Shown here: positions 1-12,615 of the stretch, piece by piece
How the letters are laid out: each line of letters starts with the position of its first letter
Position numbering within the stretch: position 1 is the stretch's first letter
Source of the DNA: Callorhinchus milii
Lineage: Eukaryota
Direction of reading: 5' to 3'
NCBI RefSeq assembly: GCF_018977255.1
Contig: NW_024704744.1
Location: 2,790,001 to 2,854,000, forward strand
DNA: 64,000 nt
Notes under the pieces: generated by a model
Told to the model about the DNA's origin: nothing
The model's database searches: none
Seen by the model: the letters and a program-made list of their open reading frames with translations, nothing else
Translations under genes and position numbers: made by a program

Positions 1-34
1 ATTATGAGTAACAGAGGCCAGAGATGGCACTGAC

Positions 35-198
35 CTCGCTTGGCTGGGGTAACAAGGCCACGGTCATGGTGCTGGTGTGCAGTCTCCCTTGTCGCTCGGT
101 CTTGGGGACCCGCTGGACCCGGTGCACCCCTCCCTCGTACTTCAGGTGCCTGTACACCTCTCGGCCGCTGATGCTGGCAGTGGCGTGTCGCAGCCCAC
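35..198 (-). CDS. mtrf1l: Mitochondrial release factor 1-like, coding exon 4 ([55 protein letters not shown]); gene continues off the left edge
   Basis: 164-nt exon with ttag| acceptor and |gtcagt donor; phase 1 entry matches the previous exon. It carries the RF1-type [12 protein letters not shown] motif. Translated by hand; not in the ORF track. Confidence 0.93.
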
Positions 199-1697
199 CT
201 AAACCACAGAGCCACCGTCAGTCACAATACTCCCCTAGGAACCCCAATATAGCACAATGTAAGGTACTGCACATACCATCAGCAGTCCTTGGAAAGGCAG
301 ACCAGTCACTGAGGGCAAGGAATCCTCCCGCTCAGCTCCTGCAAGTTAACCCTTCAAGTCAAAGCCCTAACAGGTAGGCTGGTCCTAGCTGGACAAGCAG
401 CAGGAAAGCTTACCAGACAGTGCTAGCAATGGCAAACTATGCAGTTTTAGTTGGTCAAACACCAGCAGTTACCCCAACGCACACTCTGGGATCTTCAATG
501 TCTGTCTCTTGTCAACTTGCACCTAATATTCTCCCCCTCCAGGGAGAGAGAGCACATTCCATTCCAACAATCTCTCTCTGGGATTTCCGTGTGTAGGTGG
601 GATGCCTGGAATTTTCAGCTTGGTTTTGGTACTCTTAAGCACGGTGATGGGTTTTCGGATGTGTCAGACACCCGGCTGACCAAAACTAAAGAATATACAT
701 GGGAAGGTAAAAAAAGAGAGCGTGGATAGATCTCACTCCATAAAAGGTTGTTTGGTTCAAGTCCACCATCGAGGGGTCTTTGAAGTCACAGTTCAGGCTG
801 ACACTCCAGTGTAGTGCTGAGGGGGAACAGCAATGACAGCAAGATATTGCACACATATTGCCCCATGAACAGGCACAGAGCGAGTGACCAATTTTATTTG
901 TGGGGATTGTTGTTCAGGACACCGCAGGAAACTTTTCCAACAGTGCCATACAATTTTTAACATCCACCTGGATAGGCAGACAGGACCTTGGTTTATGTTC
1001 TCATCCGAAGGACAGCATCTCTGACAATGCAGCAAACCCCTCAGCACTACACTGGAGTGTCATCTTAGATTATATGAGTTCCAAGTCCCAACGTGGGTCT
1101 TGAGTCTACAACCTTCTGACTAGGAGGGAAGAGCGCTACAAACGGTATTAGACTGGAGGAAAAAAACGTATTAGAAGGTTTCGGAAGGGAGCTGAGCCAT
1201 GTGTGTGGAGAAGATTCTCCATCAACTGAATGTCACAATGCCAAATTTAGAACTAATATCACGTTTTTAACCCCAGTATTGGGACATTTGTGATAATAAT
1301 AATAATCTTTGCATCTGATATAGTGCCTTATCGTGTCGTTGAGACGTCTCAAAGCGCTTCACAGAATATATTGTAAAGTGAATTGACTGAATATTTTGTT
1401 GGCAAAACGAGACGGCCAATTGCGCACAGCAGCGTCCCATAAACAGTCGTGGATTGGGCGACCAAATTATTATTATTATTATTATTAGTTGGAGGGATTA
1501 TTACTCTCATAATCTGTCAATCGATTAACAACGGGGTTCCTACTTACTGCTTGGTAAACAGAGGCGTGTTGAGTAAGGAAACTTGCAGAAGGTTTTGCCC
1601 TGTCCGGGAATCAAACCCGGGTCCACTCTCTCGCGAGGCGAGCGCTCTAACGAATATGCCACAGAACTCCACTGATAACATGAAGCTGTGCATGTAC

Positions 1698-1881
1698 CTA
1701 ACTCGCTGGGAAAATATTCCAGTGTTTCAAAGTGCCAGCTCTTGTATGTTGCGTAGCTCCGGTACATGTTGAAGACGTCCGCTGTGAAGAGCATGGCCTC
1801 CTGGCCGCCCACTCCCGCCAGCACCTCCAGGATCAGGTCACTTTCATCCGTCTCTTCCGAGGGAGTCACCAAGGAGATGAT
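1698..1881 (-). CDS. mtrf1l: mtrf1l coding exon 3 ([61 protein letters not shown])
   Basis: 184-nt exon, ttcag| acceptor, G|gtacat donor, phase 0 to 1. Class I release factor PCRF-domain sequence, inside ORF 1540..1872. Confidence 0.93.
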
Positions 1882-2454
1882 CTGAAGGTGAACAAAGATT
1901 GCGTTTCAGCACTGGGGAAGGGTATCTCTCTCGATAGTGAACTTTATAAATCGTATAATCACCTAAGTCGTACGTCCACCCGAGACCCATTCAGTTTCCT
2001 GTCAACACCATCAGATTTCTTTGCACTAGTCGTGTTTTATAAACAAATCATCTCCTAACTCACAATGCTGCTCCCCTACTCTCCATTACTCCTGCACTTT
2101 CAGCCTGCAATGAATCGCGGGAAATGATTTCCTGACCCATCGCCGCACGCGCAGAAGAGCTTCATTTCCTGCGATTCCAACACTTGCTGGAAAACGTGTC
2201 GCTTCGATGGGGCGAGACGCATTGAATCGCGAGAAACATAGTCTTGACCTGTCACCCCATGAGCACTTATCGGCTGCATTGAATTACGCCTGGCAGTTTA
2301 GTGTAGATTATTGATTAAATCAGATCTTATACGACTTATACAATTTGCCTGTATCTTGGACTTCGCACAAGTCATATTAAATGTTATTGTCCCAACTGAT
2401 ATGACTTATGTGAGTTTTGCTGTATATAAATGCAATTTGATGTTGTTCTGGAGG

Positions 2455-3468
2455 TTTGTTACAGCTCTGTCTCTCTCTCTGTGACCATCACTGTGTGTAT
2501 TGTTAGAGCCCTGACTGTCACTGTGATCATCACTGTGTGTGTTGTTAGAGCCCTGACTGTCACTGTGATCATCACTGTGTGTGTTGTTAGAGCTCTGTCT
2601 GTCACTGTGACCATCACTGTGTGTTAGAGCTCTGACTGTCACTGTGATCATCACTGTGTGTGTTGTTAGAGCTCTGACTGTCACTGTGACCATCACTGTG
2701 TGTTGTTAGAGCTCTGACAGTCACTGTGACCATCACTCTGGGTGTGTGTTGTTAGAGCTCTGACTGTCACTGTGACCATCACTGTGTGTGTTGTTAGAGC
2801 TCTGACTGTCACTGTGATCATCACTGTGTGTGTTGTTAGAGCTCTGTCTGTCACTGTGACCATCACTGTGTGTTAGAGCTCTGACTGTCACTGTGATCAT
2901 CACTGTGTGTGTTGTTAGAGCTCTGTCTGTCACTGTGACCATCACTGTGTGTTAGAGCCCTGACCGTCACTGTGACCATCACTGTGTGTTGTTAGAGCTC
3001 TGACTGTCACTGTGACCATCACTGTGTGTTGTTAGAGCTCTGACTGTCACTGTGACCATCACTCTGGGTGTGTGTTGTTAGAGCTCTGACTGTCACTGTG
3101 ACCATCACTCTGTGTGTTGTTAGAGCTCTGACTGTCACTGTGACCATCACTGTGTTGTTAGAGCTCTGACTGTCACTGTGACCATCACTGTGTTGTTAGA
3201 GCTCTGACTGTCACTGTGACCATCACTGTGTGTTGTTAGAGCTACTAACTGTCACTGTGACCGTCACTGTGTGTGTTGTTAGAGCTCTGACTGTCACTGT
3301 GACCATCACTGTGTGTGTTGTTAGAGCTCTGACTGTCACTGTGACCATCACTGTGTGTGTTGTTAGAGCTCTGACTGTCACTGTGACCATCACTGTGTGT
3401 TGTTAGAGCTGACTGTCACTGTGACCATCACTGTGTGTTGTTAGAGCTGACTGTCACTGTGACCATCA
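2455..3468. repeat. ~40-bp minisatellite (tgtgtgttgttagagctctgactgtcactgtgaccatcac) in the mtrf1l intron between coding exons 2 and 3
   Basis: More than 20 directly visible tandem units with small length variants. Confidence 0.95.
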
Positions 3469-3469
3469 G

Positions 3470-4000
3470 GAGGACGTCTCAAAAGCGCATCACAGAGCAA
3501 CTGGGAGCCCGGCCTGTGCTGGGACTACAGAAGGTGAGGTGGGGGAAGAAAGGTAACCAAAAGTACGGGCATAAAGAAAGATTGTAGCAGTCTTTAAAGG
3601 TGGAGAGTGAGGGGCCGTGTCAGAGGGCCTTCGGGAATGTGGGGGGAGAGAGTAGGGGGCAGATTAGTTGAAAGCTCACCTAACAATGGTTGGGCGGATA
3701 GAACGGGGTACATGAAGCAAGCCAGTGTTAGCTAAATGGAGAGAGGGGCTGGGGTGGGAGGGATACACAAGGTCGCAGAGCTTGGGTGGAGCTGAGGCCG
3801 TGGAGGGATTTGAAAGCAAGGCAGACGATCTTGAATTTGATCTGTTGGGGGAGGGAGAACCAGTGGAGCCGGGCGAGGATGGAGTTGATAGGCTCATGGA
3901 GCCTAGTGCGGGAGAGGATTCGGGCTGCAGAGCTCTGGATGGTGTGCAGCATGTGGGGGGAGGAACTGGGAAGTGTGGAGAGCAGATTTTTCAAATTGTG
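3470..4000 (-). mobile_element. Old L2-type LINE 3' fragment (mirrored at ~21390-21708)
   Basis: Minus-strand translation [37 protein letters not shown] resembles the C terminus of the L2 ORF2 at 22755-23456. Confidence 0.75.
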
Positions 4001-4172
4001 CAGCCATGTATGTCGATAGTTCTCTGTCACTGTCCGTCGATACTGTCATCTGTGACATCAGTGGCTAAGTCTGTCACTGTATCTCAGTCAAATTCCCACA
4101 TCAATGACCACTCAGGAGAGGAACCAATGTGACATGCAGTATGATGATTAATGCAGAGCAGCCAGTAAATAC

Positions 4173-4252
4173 CTTGTGCTTCAAAGCTCGGATGTCTTCC
4201 TGACAGGAATTCCAGTCACTCTCTGCCAGTTTCCTCAGGTCTGCATCTTCAT
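4173..4252 (-). CDS. mtrf1l: mtrf1l coding exon 2 (DEDADLRKLAESDWNSCQEDIRALKHK)
   Basis: 80-nt exon, tacag| acceptor and AAG|gtattt donor, phase 1 to 0. Resembles the DENEDLRKLAE segment of vertebrate MTRF1L. Confidence 0.9.
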
Positions 4253-5345
4253 CTGTAGCAAAGGGATGAGATATTAGCCCCATTTGTATCTTATTCGTGT
4301 ACATCAGCATTATATAATAATAATAATCATCATTGAGATGTCTCAAAGAGTTTCACAGAATATATTGTAAAGTGTATGTTTTGTGGGTGAAAATCGGCAG
4401 CCAATTGCGCACCGCAGTGTCCCACAAATAGTCATGGATTGAGTGACCAAATTGGTTTGGAAGAGGAGTTATTACCCCTGGAAAGCGATCCGCCAATCAA
4501 CTAACAAACGTATTCCTATTTACTGTTAGGTAAACAGAGGCGTGTGGAGTAAGGGAACTTGCCTAAGGTTTCGCCCCGCCTGGGAATCGAACCCGCGTCC
4601 TCTCACTTGCGAGGCGAGTGCTCTAACCACTGAGTTACAGGACTCCTGTATAACAGGGTTCGACTGTGAAAACACGGTTGGTGAGTTAGTGACTAGAGGG
4701 CACCCATTTGAGGTAGTTAGCAGGCAAGCAAATGAGGAGGTTGTGAGGAATATTTTTCACACACAGAGAGTGGTTAGGATATGGAATGTGCTGCCAGGAA
4801 CAGTGGTGGAGGCAAAATCCATATTAACTTTTAAAACAACAAATAACAACAAAATTACATTTATATAGCGACTTTCAAACGTAACCAGATGAGATGCTTA
4901 AAAAGCGGTAAAATAGAAGGGTATGTGGGGAAAGGGGAGGTAAACAGGGCTGAAAGGATTGTCATTAAAGGATTATTCACAGAAACCATGGGCTGAGTGG
5001 CCTTCTTCTGTGCCCTAAATTTAATAATAATCCTTGCATTTGATATAGCACCTTATCACGTTTTCAAGACATCTCAAAACGCTTCCACAGAATATTCTGT
5101 ACAGTGAATTATTTTGTGGGCGAAACGCGGCAGCCAATTGCGCACAGCAATGTCCCACAAACAGTCATTATTTCTAAGCATAATAAGTGACACGGAGAAG
5201 TAATGGAATCCAAAGCTCATCAGATTAGTTTGGATGAAAAAGGCCCTTCAGCCCATCTGAATCGGCTTTCATTTATTACGATGCTGGGGGAAGATGTTCG
5301 AAGGGGCAGAAAGCCCTCTCTGGCTCTTAGGACATGAACCCTCAC

Positions 5346-5778
5346 CTTTCATCAGCGTCTCGATGTCCTCCAGCTCCTGTACTTTGACCCTCAGCCCATG
5401 CAGCTCCGTCACCAGTGGAGCCAGCTCCCTCGCCCTCTTACCAGCCCCCTTCACCTCCTCCTCCGAAGCCTGGGCTGATTGCAGTCGCTGCTGGGAGGCC
5501 ATGTACTCGCTCTCCAGCCTCTCCAGGTATTGCTGAAGCGAGCCTCGGGCGAAGAGTTCCTCCACTGCATGCGGGTCTGTGCTGAAGGCACGCAGTGAGC
5601 AGTTCCACCCCATCGCCGCTCGCTTACTGCAAACAAGTAGACAAGGGCCACGTCTCGCCCTCTGGCAGAAAGTCCTCCTCACGTGCTCCAGGGGTGGCCT
5701 CGCAACCCCCTCCCACTGACAGAAGTGACTGCTGGTAACTCTCATCACTGCCGGGATAGTCTGTCTGAGAAACAGCAT
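5346..5778 (-). CDS. mtrf1l: mtrf1l first coding exon (MLFLRQ...EELFARGSLQQYLERLE...ELEDIETLMK), with an Arg-rich mitochondrial-targeting-like N terminus
   Basis: Exon 5847-5346 (gcag| acceptor, AAG|gtgagg donor), ATG at 5778, 433 coding nt ending in phase 1. It splices in frame to 4252. The start codon is uncertain because there are further in-frame Met residues. Confidence 0.85.
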
Positions 5779-7310
5779 CTTCTCCTCCACACAAAGCCTT
5801 TTCCTGCTCACCAGAATCCCGAGGTTCAAATATCCATGTACGAGATTCTGCGAAGCAAACATAATAATAATAATAATCCTTGCATTTGATATAGCGCCTT
5901 ATCACATCGTCGAGACAGCGCAAAGCCCTTCACAGAATATACTGTAAAGTTGATTGACTGTATATTTTGTGGGTAAAACACAGCAGCCAATTGCGCACAG
6001 CAGTGTCCCTCCCACAAACAGTCATGGATCCAGTGACCAATTTTTTTTGGTTTTGGAGGGATTATTATCCCCGGAATGTGATCCGCCAATTGACTAACAA
6101 CCGGGTTCCTACTTAGGTGAACACAGATGTGTGGCGTAAGGAAACTTGCCTAAGGTTTCGCACTGCCGGGAATCGAACCTGGGTCCTCTTGCTTGCAAGG
6201 CGAGCGCTCTAACCACTACACTACACTACAGGACTGCATGTTAAATGCTGCAGAACTTCAGAACTCGGGAGAGTCATAGAACCGTACGATATCCACAGCA
6301 CTTTGAGACATATCGACAACGTGATAAGGCGCTATATCAAATGCAAGGATTATTATTATTATCATTGTAATAAAAATAACAATCCTTGCATTTGATATAG
6401 CGCTTTTCACGTCGGGAGAGGACGTCCCAAAGCGCTTCACAGAACACACTGTAAAGTGAATTGACTGTATATTTGTGGGCGAACGCGGCAGCCAATTGCG
6501 CACAGCAATGTCCCACAAACAGTCGTAGATTGAAAATGACCAATTTATTATAGTTTTTGGTTTTGGAGGGATTATTATTAGGCTCTGTGGGGAGTAAGGA
6601 AACTTGCCCAAGGTTTCGCCCTCTGCCTGGAATTGAACTCAGGTCTCTCACTTGCAAAGCGAGTGCTCTAACCACTGAGCTACAGGACTCCACATTATAG
6701 CACAGGTGATGAAAAAAAACAATAAACTATTTTAAACATGAAGACACACTTTGAGGACTTAAAAAGATTCGGGGTTACGAGACGATGAAACCAACAATAT
6801 TATACCACAATATACTGCACTGAAGTATTGGTGTATGTGTTGTGTGGTGTTTGAGACCGTGTGTTTGTTCGCAGTTATGTGGATTTCAGTCCATGTGTAT
6901 CTATGAGTGTGTGTGTGAGGGTGTACGGAATTCACTGCCGCATTTCACCCACAAATATACAGTCAATTCACTTTAAGGTCTATTCTGCGAAGCGCTTTGA
7001 GTCGTCTCTGGAAGTCGTGAAAAGCGCTGTATCAAATGCAAGGATTATTATTATTATTATTATTATTTATTACGTGCTTATGGTGGACATTTGGAGCCTG
7101 GGTACGGGGAGTTCTGTGGCTCAGCGGTTAAAGCACTCGCCTCACCAGCGAAAGACCTGGGTTCGATTCCCGGGCAGGGCAAAATGTTGGGCAAGTCTCC
7201 TTACTCCGCGCACACGCCTCTGCTTACCCAGCAGTGAGCAGTGAAGTCAACTCACTTTACGGTATATCCTGCGAAGCGCTCGGAGACGCCTGGAAGCGGT
7301 GATCAGGCGC

Positions 7311-7690
7311 CGTGTCAGGGGGCGGAGTCACACTGGAGGGCTGAGGGGGCGGAGTCGCACTGGAGGCTGAGGGGCGGAGTCGCACTGGAGGGCTGAGGGG
7401 CGGAGTCACACTGGAGGCTGAGGGGGCGGAGTCACACGGGGGCTGAGGGGGCGGAGTCACACTGGAGGCTGAGGGGGCGGAGTCACACTGGGAGGCTGAG
7501 GGGCGGAGTCACACTGGAGGCTGAGGGGGCGGAGTCACACGGGAGGCCTGAGGGGGCGGAGTCACACGGGAGGGCTGAGGGGGCGGAGTCACACTGGAGG
7601 CTGAGGGGGCGGAGTCACACGGGAGGCCTGAGGGGGCGGAGTCACACTGGAGGCCTGAGGGGGCGGAGTCACACGGGAGGCCTGAGGGGC
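7311..7690. repeat. GC-rich ~27-bp minisatellite (gagggggcggagtcacactggagggct); mirrored copies at ~9055-9465, ~15870-16285 and ~17640-18075
   Basis: Tandem units visible, each containing GGGGCGGAGT. Confidence 0.95.
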
Positions 7691-7779
7691 TGTTGGGGGG
7701 ATGTTGGGCGGTGTGAGCCGGTGGCAGAGCTCCCGCTGAAGCCCGCGGTGTGTGTGTGGGGGGGGGGGGGGGGGAGGGG

Positions 7780-8060
7780 GTGAGGGTCGCGGGTTGTTGT
7801 CGCTGAGCTTCAGCGTCACTCACCAACCGCCAGTTCGCCTGGTACCGCGCCTGCGTCACCCCCGCCTCGTTCCGGCGATTACCGCGCATGCGTCGGCTCT
7901 GGTTTTCCAGCCCAGCCTACACTGCGCACGCGTCCTGCTCTCCCCGCTTGGCGCATAGGGCGCTTTCTCCGCCGCGCAGCCTTGTGGGTGCGCAGCGCCG
8001 CCATTGTCCCTCGTGTCCAGCTGTTGGTATGTGGGTAACATTGGAATCCCACAGGTGTGA
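7780..8060 (-). promoter_or_regulatory. CpG-rich mtrf1l promoter and probable non-coding exon 1
   Basis: CpG-dense. NRF1-like GCGCATGCG (7884-7892) and TGCGCACGCG (7923-7932), a CCGGAA ETS-type core near 7870, and a consensus donor TTG|gtgagt at 7824/7823 pointing toward the coding exons. Confidence 0.7.
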
Positions 8061-11000
8061 CTCACCTGTACTTGTACTTATAATAATAATAATCCTCGCA
8101 TTTGACATAGCGCTTTTCACGTCTTCTCGACGTCTCAAAGCGCTTCACAGAATATGCTGTAAAGCGAATTGACTGTATATTTGTGGGCGAACGCGGCAGC
8201 CAATTGCGCACAGCAATGTCCCACAAACAGTCGTAGATTGAAAAAGACCAATTTTTTATTGTTTTTTGGGTTTTGGAGGAATTATTATTAGGCTCTGTGT
8301 GGAGTAAGGAAACTTGCCTGAGGTTTCCCACTGCCGGGGATTGAACTCAGGTCTCTCACTTGCAAAGCGAGTGCTCTAACCACTGAGCTACAGGACTACG
8401 TGGCAGCCAATTGATTATTATTATTATGATAAATGCTAGTCGGGGAGTCCTGTAGCTCAGTGGTTAGAGCGCTCGCCTTACAAGCGAAAAATTGGTCATT
8501 TTCAATCCACGACTGTTTGTGGGACATTGCTGTGCGCAATTGGCTGCCGCGTTCGCCCACAAATATACAGTCAATTCGCTTTACAGCATATTCTGTGAAG
8601 CGCTTTGAGACGTCGAGAAAGACGTGAAAAGCGCTATGTCAAATGCGAGGATTATTATTATTATAAGTACAAGTACAGGTGAGTCACACCTGTGGGATTC
8701 CAATGTTACCCACATACCAACAGCTGGACACGAGGGGCAATGGCGGCGCTGCGCACCCACAAGGCTGCGCGGCGGAGAAAGCGCCCTATGCGCCAAGCGG
8801 GGAGAGCAGGACGCGTGCGCAGTGTAGGCTGGGCTGGAAAACCAGAGCCGACGCATGCGCGGTAATCGCCGGAACGAGGCGGGGGTGACGCAGGCGCGGT
8901 ACCAGGCGAACTGGCGGTTGGTGAGTGACGCTGAAGCTCAGCGACAACAACCCGCGACCCTCACCCCCCTCCCCCCCCCCCCCCCCCCCACACACACACC
9001 GCGGGCTTCAGCGGGAGCTCTGCCACCGGCTCACACCGCCAACATCCCCCCAACAGCCCCCTCAGGCCTCCCGTGTGACTCCGCCCCCTCAGGCCTCCCG
9101 TGTGACTCCGCCCCCTCAGGCCTCCCGTGTGACTCCGCCCCCTCAGCCCTCCAGTGTGACTCCGCCCCCTCAGCCCTCCAGTGTGACTCCGCCCCCTCAG
9201 CCTCCAGTGCGACTCCGCCCCCTCAGCCCTCCAGTGTGACTCCGCCCCCTCAGCCCTCCAGTGTGACTCCGCCCCCTCAGCCCTCCAGTGTGACTCCGCC
9301 CCCTCAGCCCTCCAGTGTGACCCCGCCCCTCAGCCCTCCAGTGTGACTCCGCCCCCTCAGACCTCCAGTGAGACTCCGCCCCCTCAGCCCTCCAGTGCGA
9401 CTCCGCCCCCTCAGCCCTCCAGTGCGACTCCGCCCCCTCAGCCCTCCAGTGTGACTCCGCCCCCTGACACGGCGCCTGATCACCGCTTCCAGGCGTCTCC
9501 GAGCGCTTCGCAGGATATACCGTAAAGTGAGTTGACTTCACTGCTCACTGCTGGGTAAGCAGAGGCGTGTGCGCGGAGTAAGGAGACTTGCCCAACATTT
9601 TGCCCCGCCCGGGAATCGAACCCAGGTCTTTCGCTGGTGAGGCGAGTGCTTTAACCGCTGAGCCACAGAACTCCCCGTACCCAGGCTCCAAATGTCCACC
9701 ATAAGCACGTAATAAATAATAATAATAATAATAATAATAATCCTTGCATTTGATACAGCGCTTTTCACGACTTCCAGAGACGACTCAAAGCGCTTCGCAG
9801 AATAGACCTTAAAGCGAATTGACTGCATATTTGTGGGTGAAATGCGGCAGTGAATTCCGTACACCCTCACACACACACTCAGAGATACACATGGACTGAA
9901 ATCCACATAACTGCGTACAAACACACGGTCTCAAACACCACACAACACATACACCAATACTTCAGTGCAGTACATTGTGGTATAATATTATTGGTTTCAT
10001 CGTCTCGTAACCCCGAATTTTTTAAGTCCTCAAAGTGTGTCTTCATGTTTAAAATAGTTTATTGTTTTTTTTCATCACCTGTGCTATAATGTGGAGTCCT
10101 GTAGCTCAGTGGTTTGAGCACTCGCTTTGCAAGCGAGAGACCTGAGTTCAATTCCAGGCAGAGGGCGAAACCTTGGGCAAGTTTCCTTACTCCCCACAGA
10201 GCCTAATAATAATCCCTCCAAAACAAAAAACAATAATAAATTGGTCATTTTCAATCTACGACTGTTTGTGGGACATTGCTGTGCGCAATTGGCTGCAGCG
10301 TTCGCCCACAAATATACAGTCAATTCACTTTACAGTGTGTTCTGTGAAGCGCTTTGGGACGTCCTCTCCCGACGTGAAAAGCGCTATATCAAATGCAAGG
10401 ATTGTTATTTTTATTACAATGATAATAATAATAATCCTTGCATTTGATATAGCGCCTTATCACGTTGTCGATATGTCTCAAAGTGCTGTGGATATCGTAC
10501 GGTTCTATGACTCTCCCGAGTTCTGAAGTTCTGCAGCATTTGACATGGAGTCCTGTAGTGTAGTGTAGTGGTTAGAGCGCTCGCCTTGCAAGCAAGAGGA
10601 CCCAGGTTCGATTCCCGGCAGTGCGAAACCTTAGGCAAGTTTCCTTACGCCACACATCTGTGTTCACCTAAGTAGGAACCCGGTTGTTAGTCAATTGGCG
10701 GATCACATTCCGGGGATAATAATCCCTCCAAAACCAAAAAAAAATTGGTCACTGGATCCATGACTGTTTGTGGGAGGGACACTGCTGTGCGCAATTGGCT
10801 GCTGTGTTTTACCCACAAAATATACAGTCAATCAACTTTACAGTATATTCTGTGAAGGGCTTTGCGCTGTCTCGACGATGTGATGAGGCGCTATATCAAA
10901 TGCAAGGATTATTATTATTATAATAATAAATAATAATAATAATCCTTGCATTTGATATAGCGCTTTTCACGTCGGGAGGACGTCCCAAAGCGCTTCACAG

Positions 11001-11463
11001 AACACACTGTAAAGTGAATTGACTGTATATTTGTGGGCGAACGCGGCAGCCAATTGCGCACAGCAATGTCCCACAAACAGTCGTAGATTGAAAATGACCA
11101 ATTTATTATTATTTTGTTTTTTTGGAGGGATTATTATTAGGCTCTGTGTGGAGTAAGGAAACTTGCCCTAGGTTTCGCCCTGACTGGAATTGAACTCAGG
11201 TCTCTCACTTGCAAAGCGAGTGCTCTAACCACTGAGCTACAGGACTCCACAACCATGTGCACTTACCGGCCAGCTGCAATGAATCGCGGGAAACATAGTC
11301 TTGAACCATTGCCTGATGCGCAAAAGAACTTCCATTTCCTGCGATTCAATGCTTGCTTTTATTTTATAATTCAATTATTATGTTTGCTTCGCAGAATCTC
11401 GTACATGGATATTTGAACCTCGGGATTCCGGTGAGCAGGAAAAGGCTTTGTGTGGAGGAGAAG

Positions 11464-11896
11464 ATGCTGTTTCTCAGACAGACTATCCCGGCAGTGATGA
11501 GAGTTACCAGCAGTCACTTCTGTCAGTGGGAGGGGGTTGCGAGGCCACCCCTGGAGCACGTGAGGAGGACTTTCTGCCAGAGGGCGAGACGTGGCCCTTG
11601 TCTACTTGTTTGCAGTAAGCGAGCGGCGATGGGGTGGAACTGCTCACTGCGTGCCTTCAGCACAGACCCGCATGCAGTGGAGGAACTCTTCGCCCGAGGC
11701 TCGCTTCAGCAATACCTGGAGAGGCTGGAGAGCGAGTACATGGCCTCCCAGCAGCGACTGCAATCAGCCCAGGCTTCGGAGGAGGAGGTGAAGGGGGCTG
11801 GGAAGAGGGCGAGGGAGCTGGCTCCACTGGTGACGGAGCTGCATGGGCTGAGGGTCAAAGTACAGGAGCTGGAGGACATCGAGACGCTGATGAAAG
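11464..11896 (+). pseudogene. Truncated duplicate of mtrf1l first coding exon (copy B, promoter copy at ~8690-8965); no downstream exons
   Basis: Same 433-nt coding exon in + orientation. The following intron copy stops at the N gap at 12616. Confidence 0.75.
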
Positions 11897-12615
11897 GTGA
11901 GGGTTCATGTCCTAAGAGCCAGAGAGGGCTTTCTGCCCCTTCGAACATCTTCCCCCAGCATCGTAATAAATGAAAGCCGATTCAGATGGGCTGAAGGGCC
12001 TTTTTCATCCAAACTAATCTGATGAGCTTTGGATTCCATTACTTCTCCGTGTCACTTATTATGCTTAGAAATAATGACTGTTTGTGGGACATTGCTGTGC
12101 GCAATTGGCTGCCGCGTTTCGCCCACAAAATAATTCACTGTACAGAATATTCTGTGGAAGCGTTTTGAGATGTCTTGAAAACGTGATAAGGTGCTATATC
12201 AAATGCAAGGATTATTATTAAATTTAGGGCACAGAAGAAGGCCACTCAGCCCATGGTTTCTGTGAATAATCCTTTAATGACAATCCTTTCAGCCCTGTTT
12301 ACCTCCCCTTTCCCCACATACCCTTCTATTTTACCGCTTTTTAAGCATCTCATCTGGTTACGTTTGAAAGTCGCTATATAAATGTAATTTTGTTGTTATT
12401 TGTTGTTTTAAAAGTTAATATGGATTTTGCCTCCACCACTGTTCCTGGCAGCACATTCCATATCCTAACCACTCTCTGTGTGTGAAAAATATTCCTCACA
12501 ACCTCCTCATGTGCTTGCCTGCTAACTATCTCAAATGGGTGCCCTCTAGTCACTAACTCACCAACCGTGTTTTCACAGTCGAACCCTGTTATACAGGAGT
12601 CCTGTAACTCAGTGG

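Noticed and set aside
1790-1815. GGQ in exon 3 as the catalytic release-factor motif
   Set aside because: This is the AGVGGQEA domain-2 motif. The catalytic GGQ lies C-terminal to the VPKT exon, outside the window.
2455-3468. CRISPR-like or functional RSS array
   Set aside because: Units are contiguous with no unique spacers, nonamers do not match ACAAAAACC, and the DNA is eukaryotic.
5346-5778. Longer MTRF1L N terminus than human as a novelty
   Set aside because: Targeting peptides vary widely in length, and the true start among several in-frame Met codons is unknown.
6640-6693. tRNA genes at the many gtggagtcctgtagctcagtggttagagc heads
   Set aside because: They continue into SINE body and tail, and lack a complete acceptor stem.
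8855-9541. Pro-rich TPPPQPSS / AESHWRAEG repeat ORFs
   Set aside because: Translations of the GC-rich minisatellite, with no splice or homology support.
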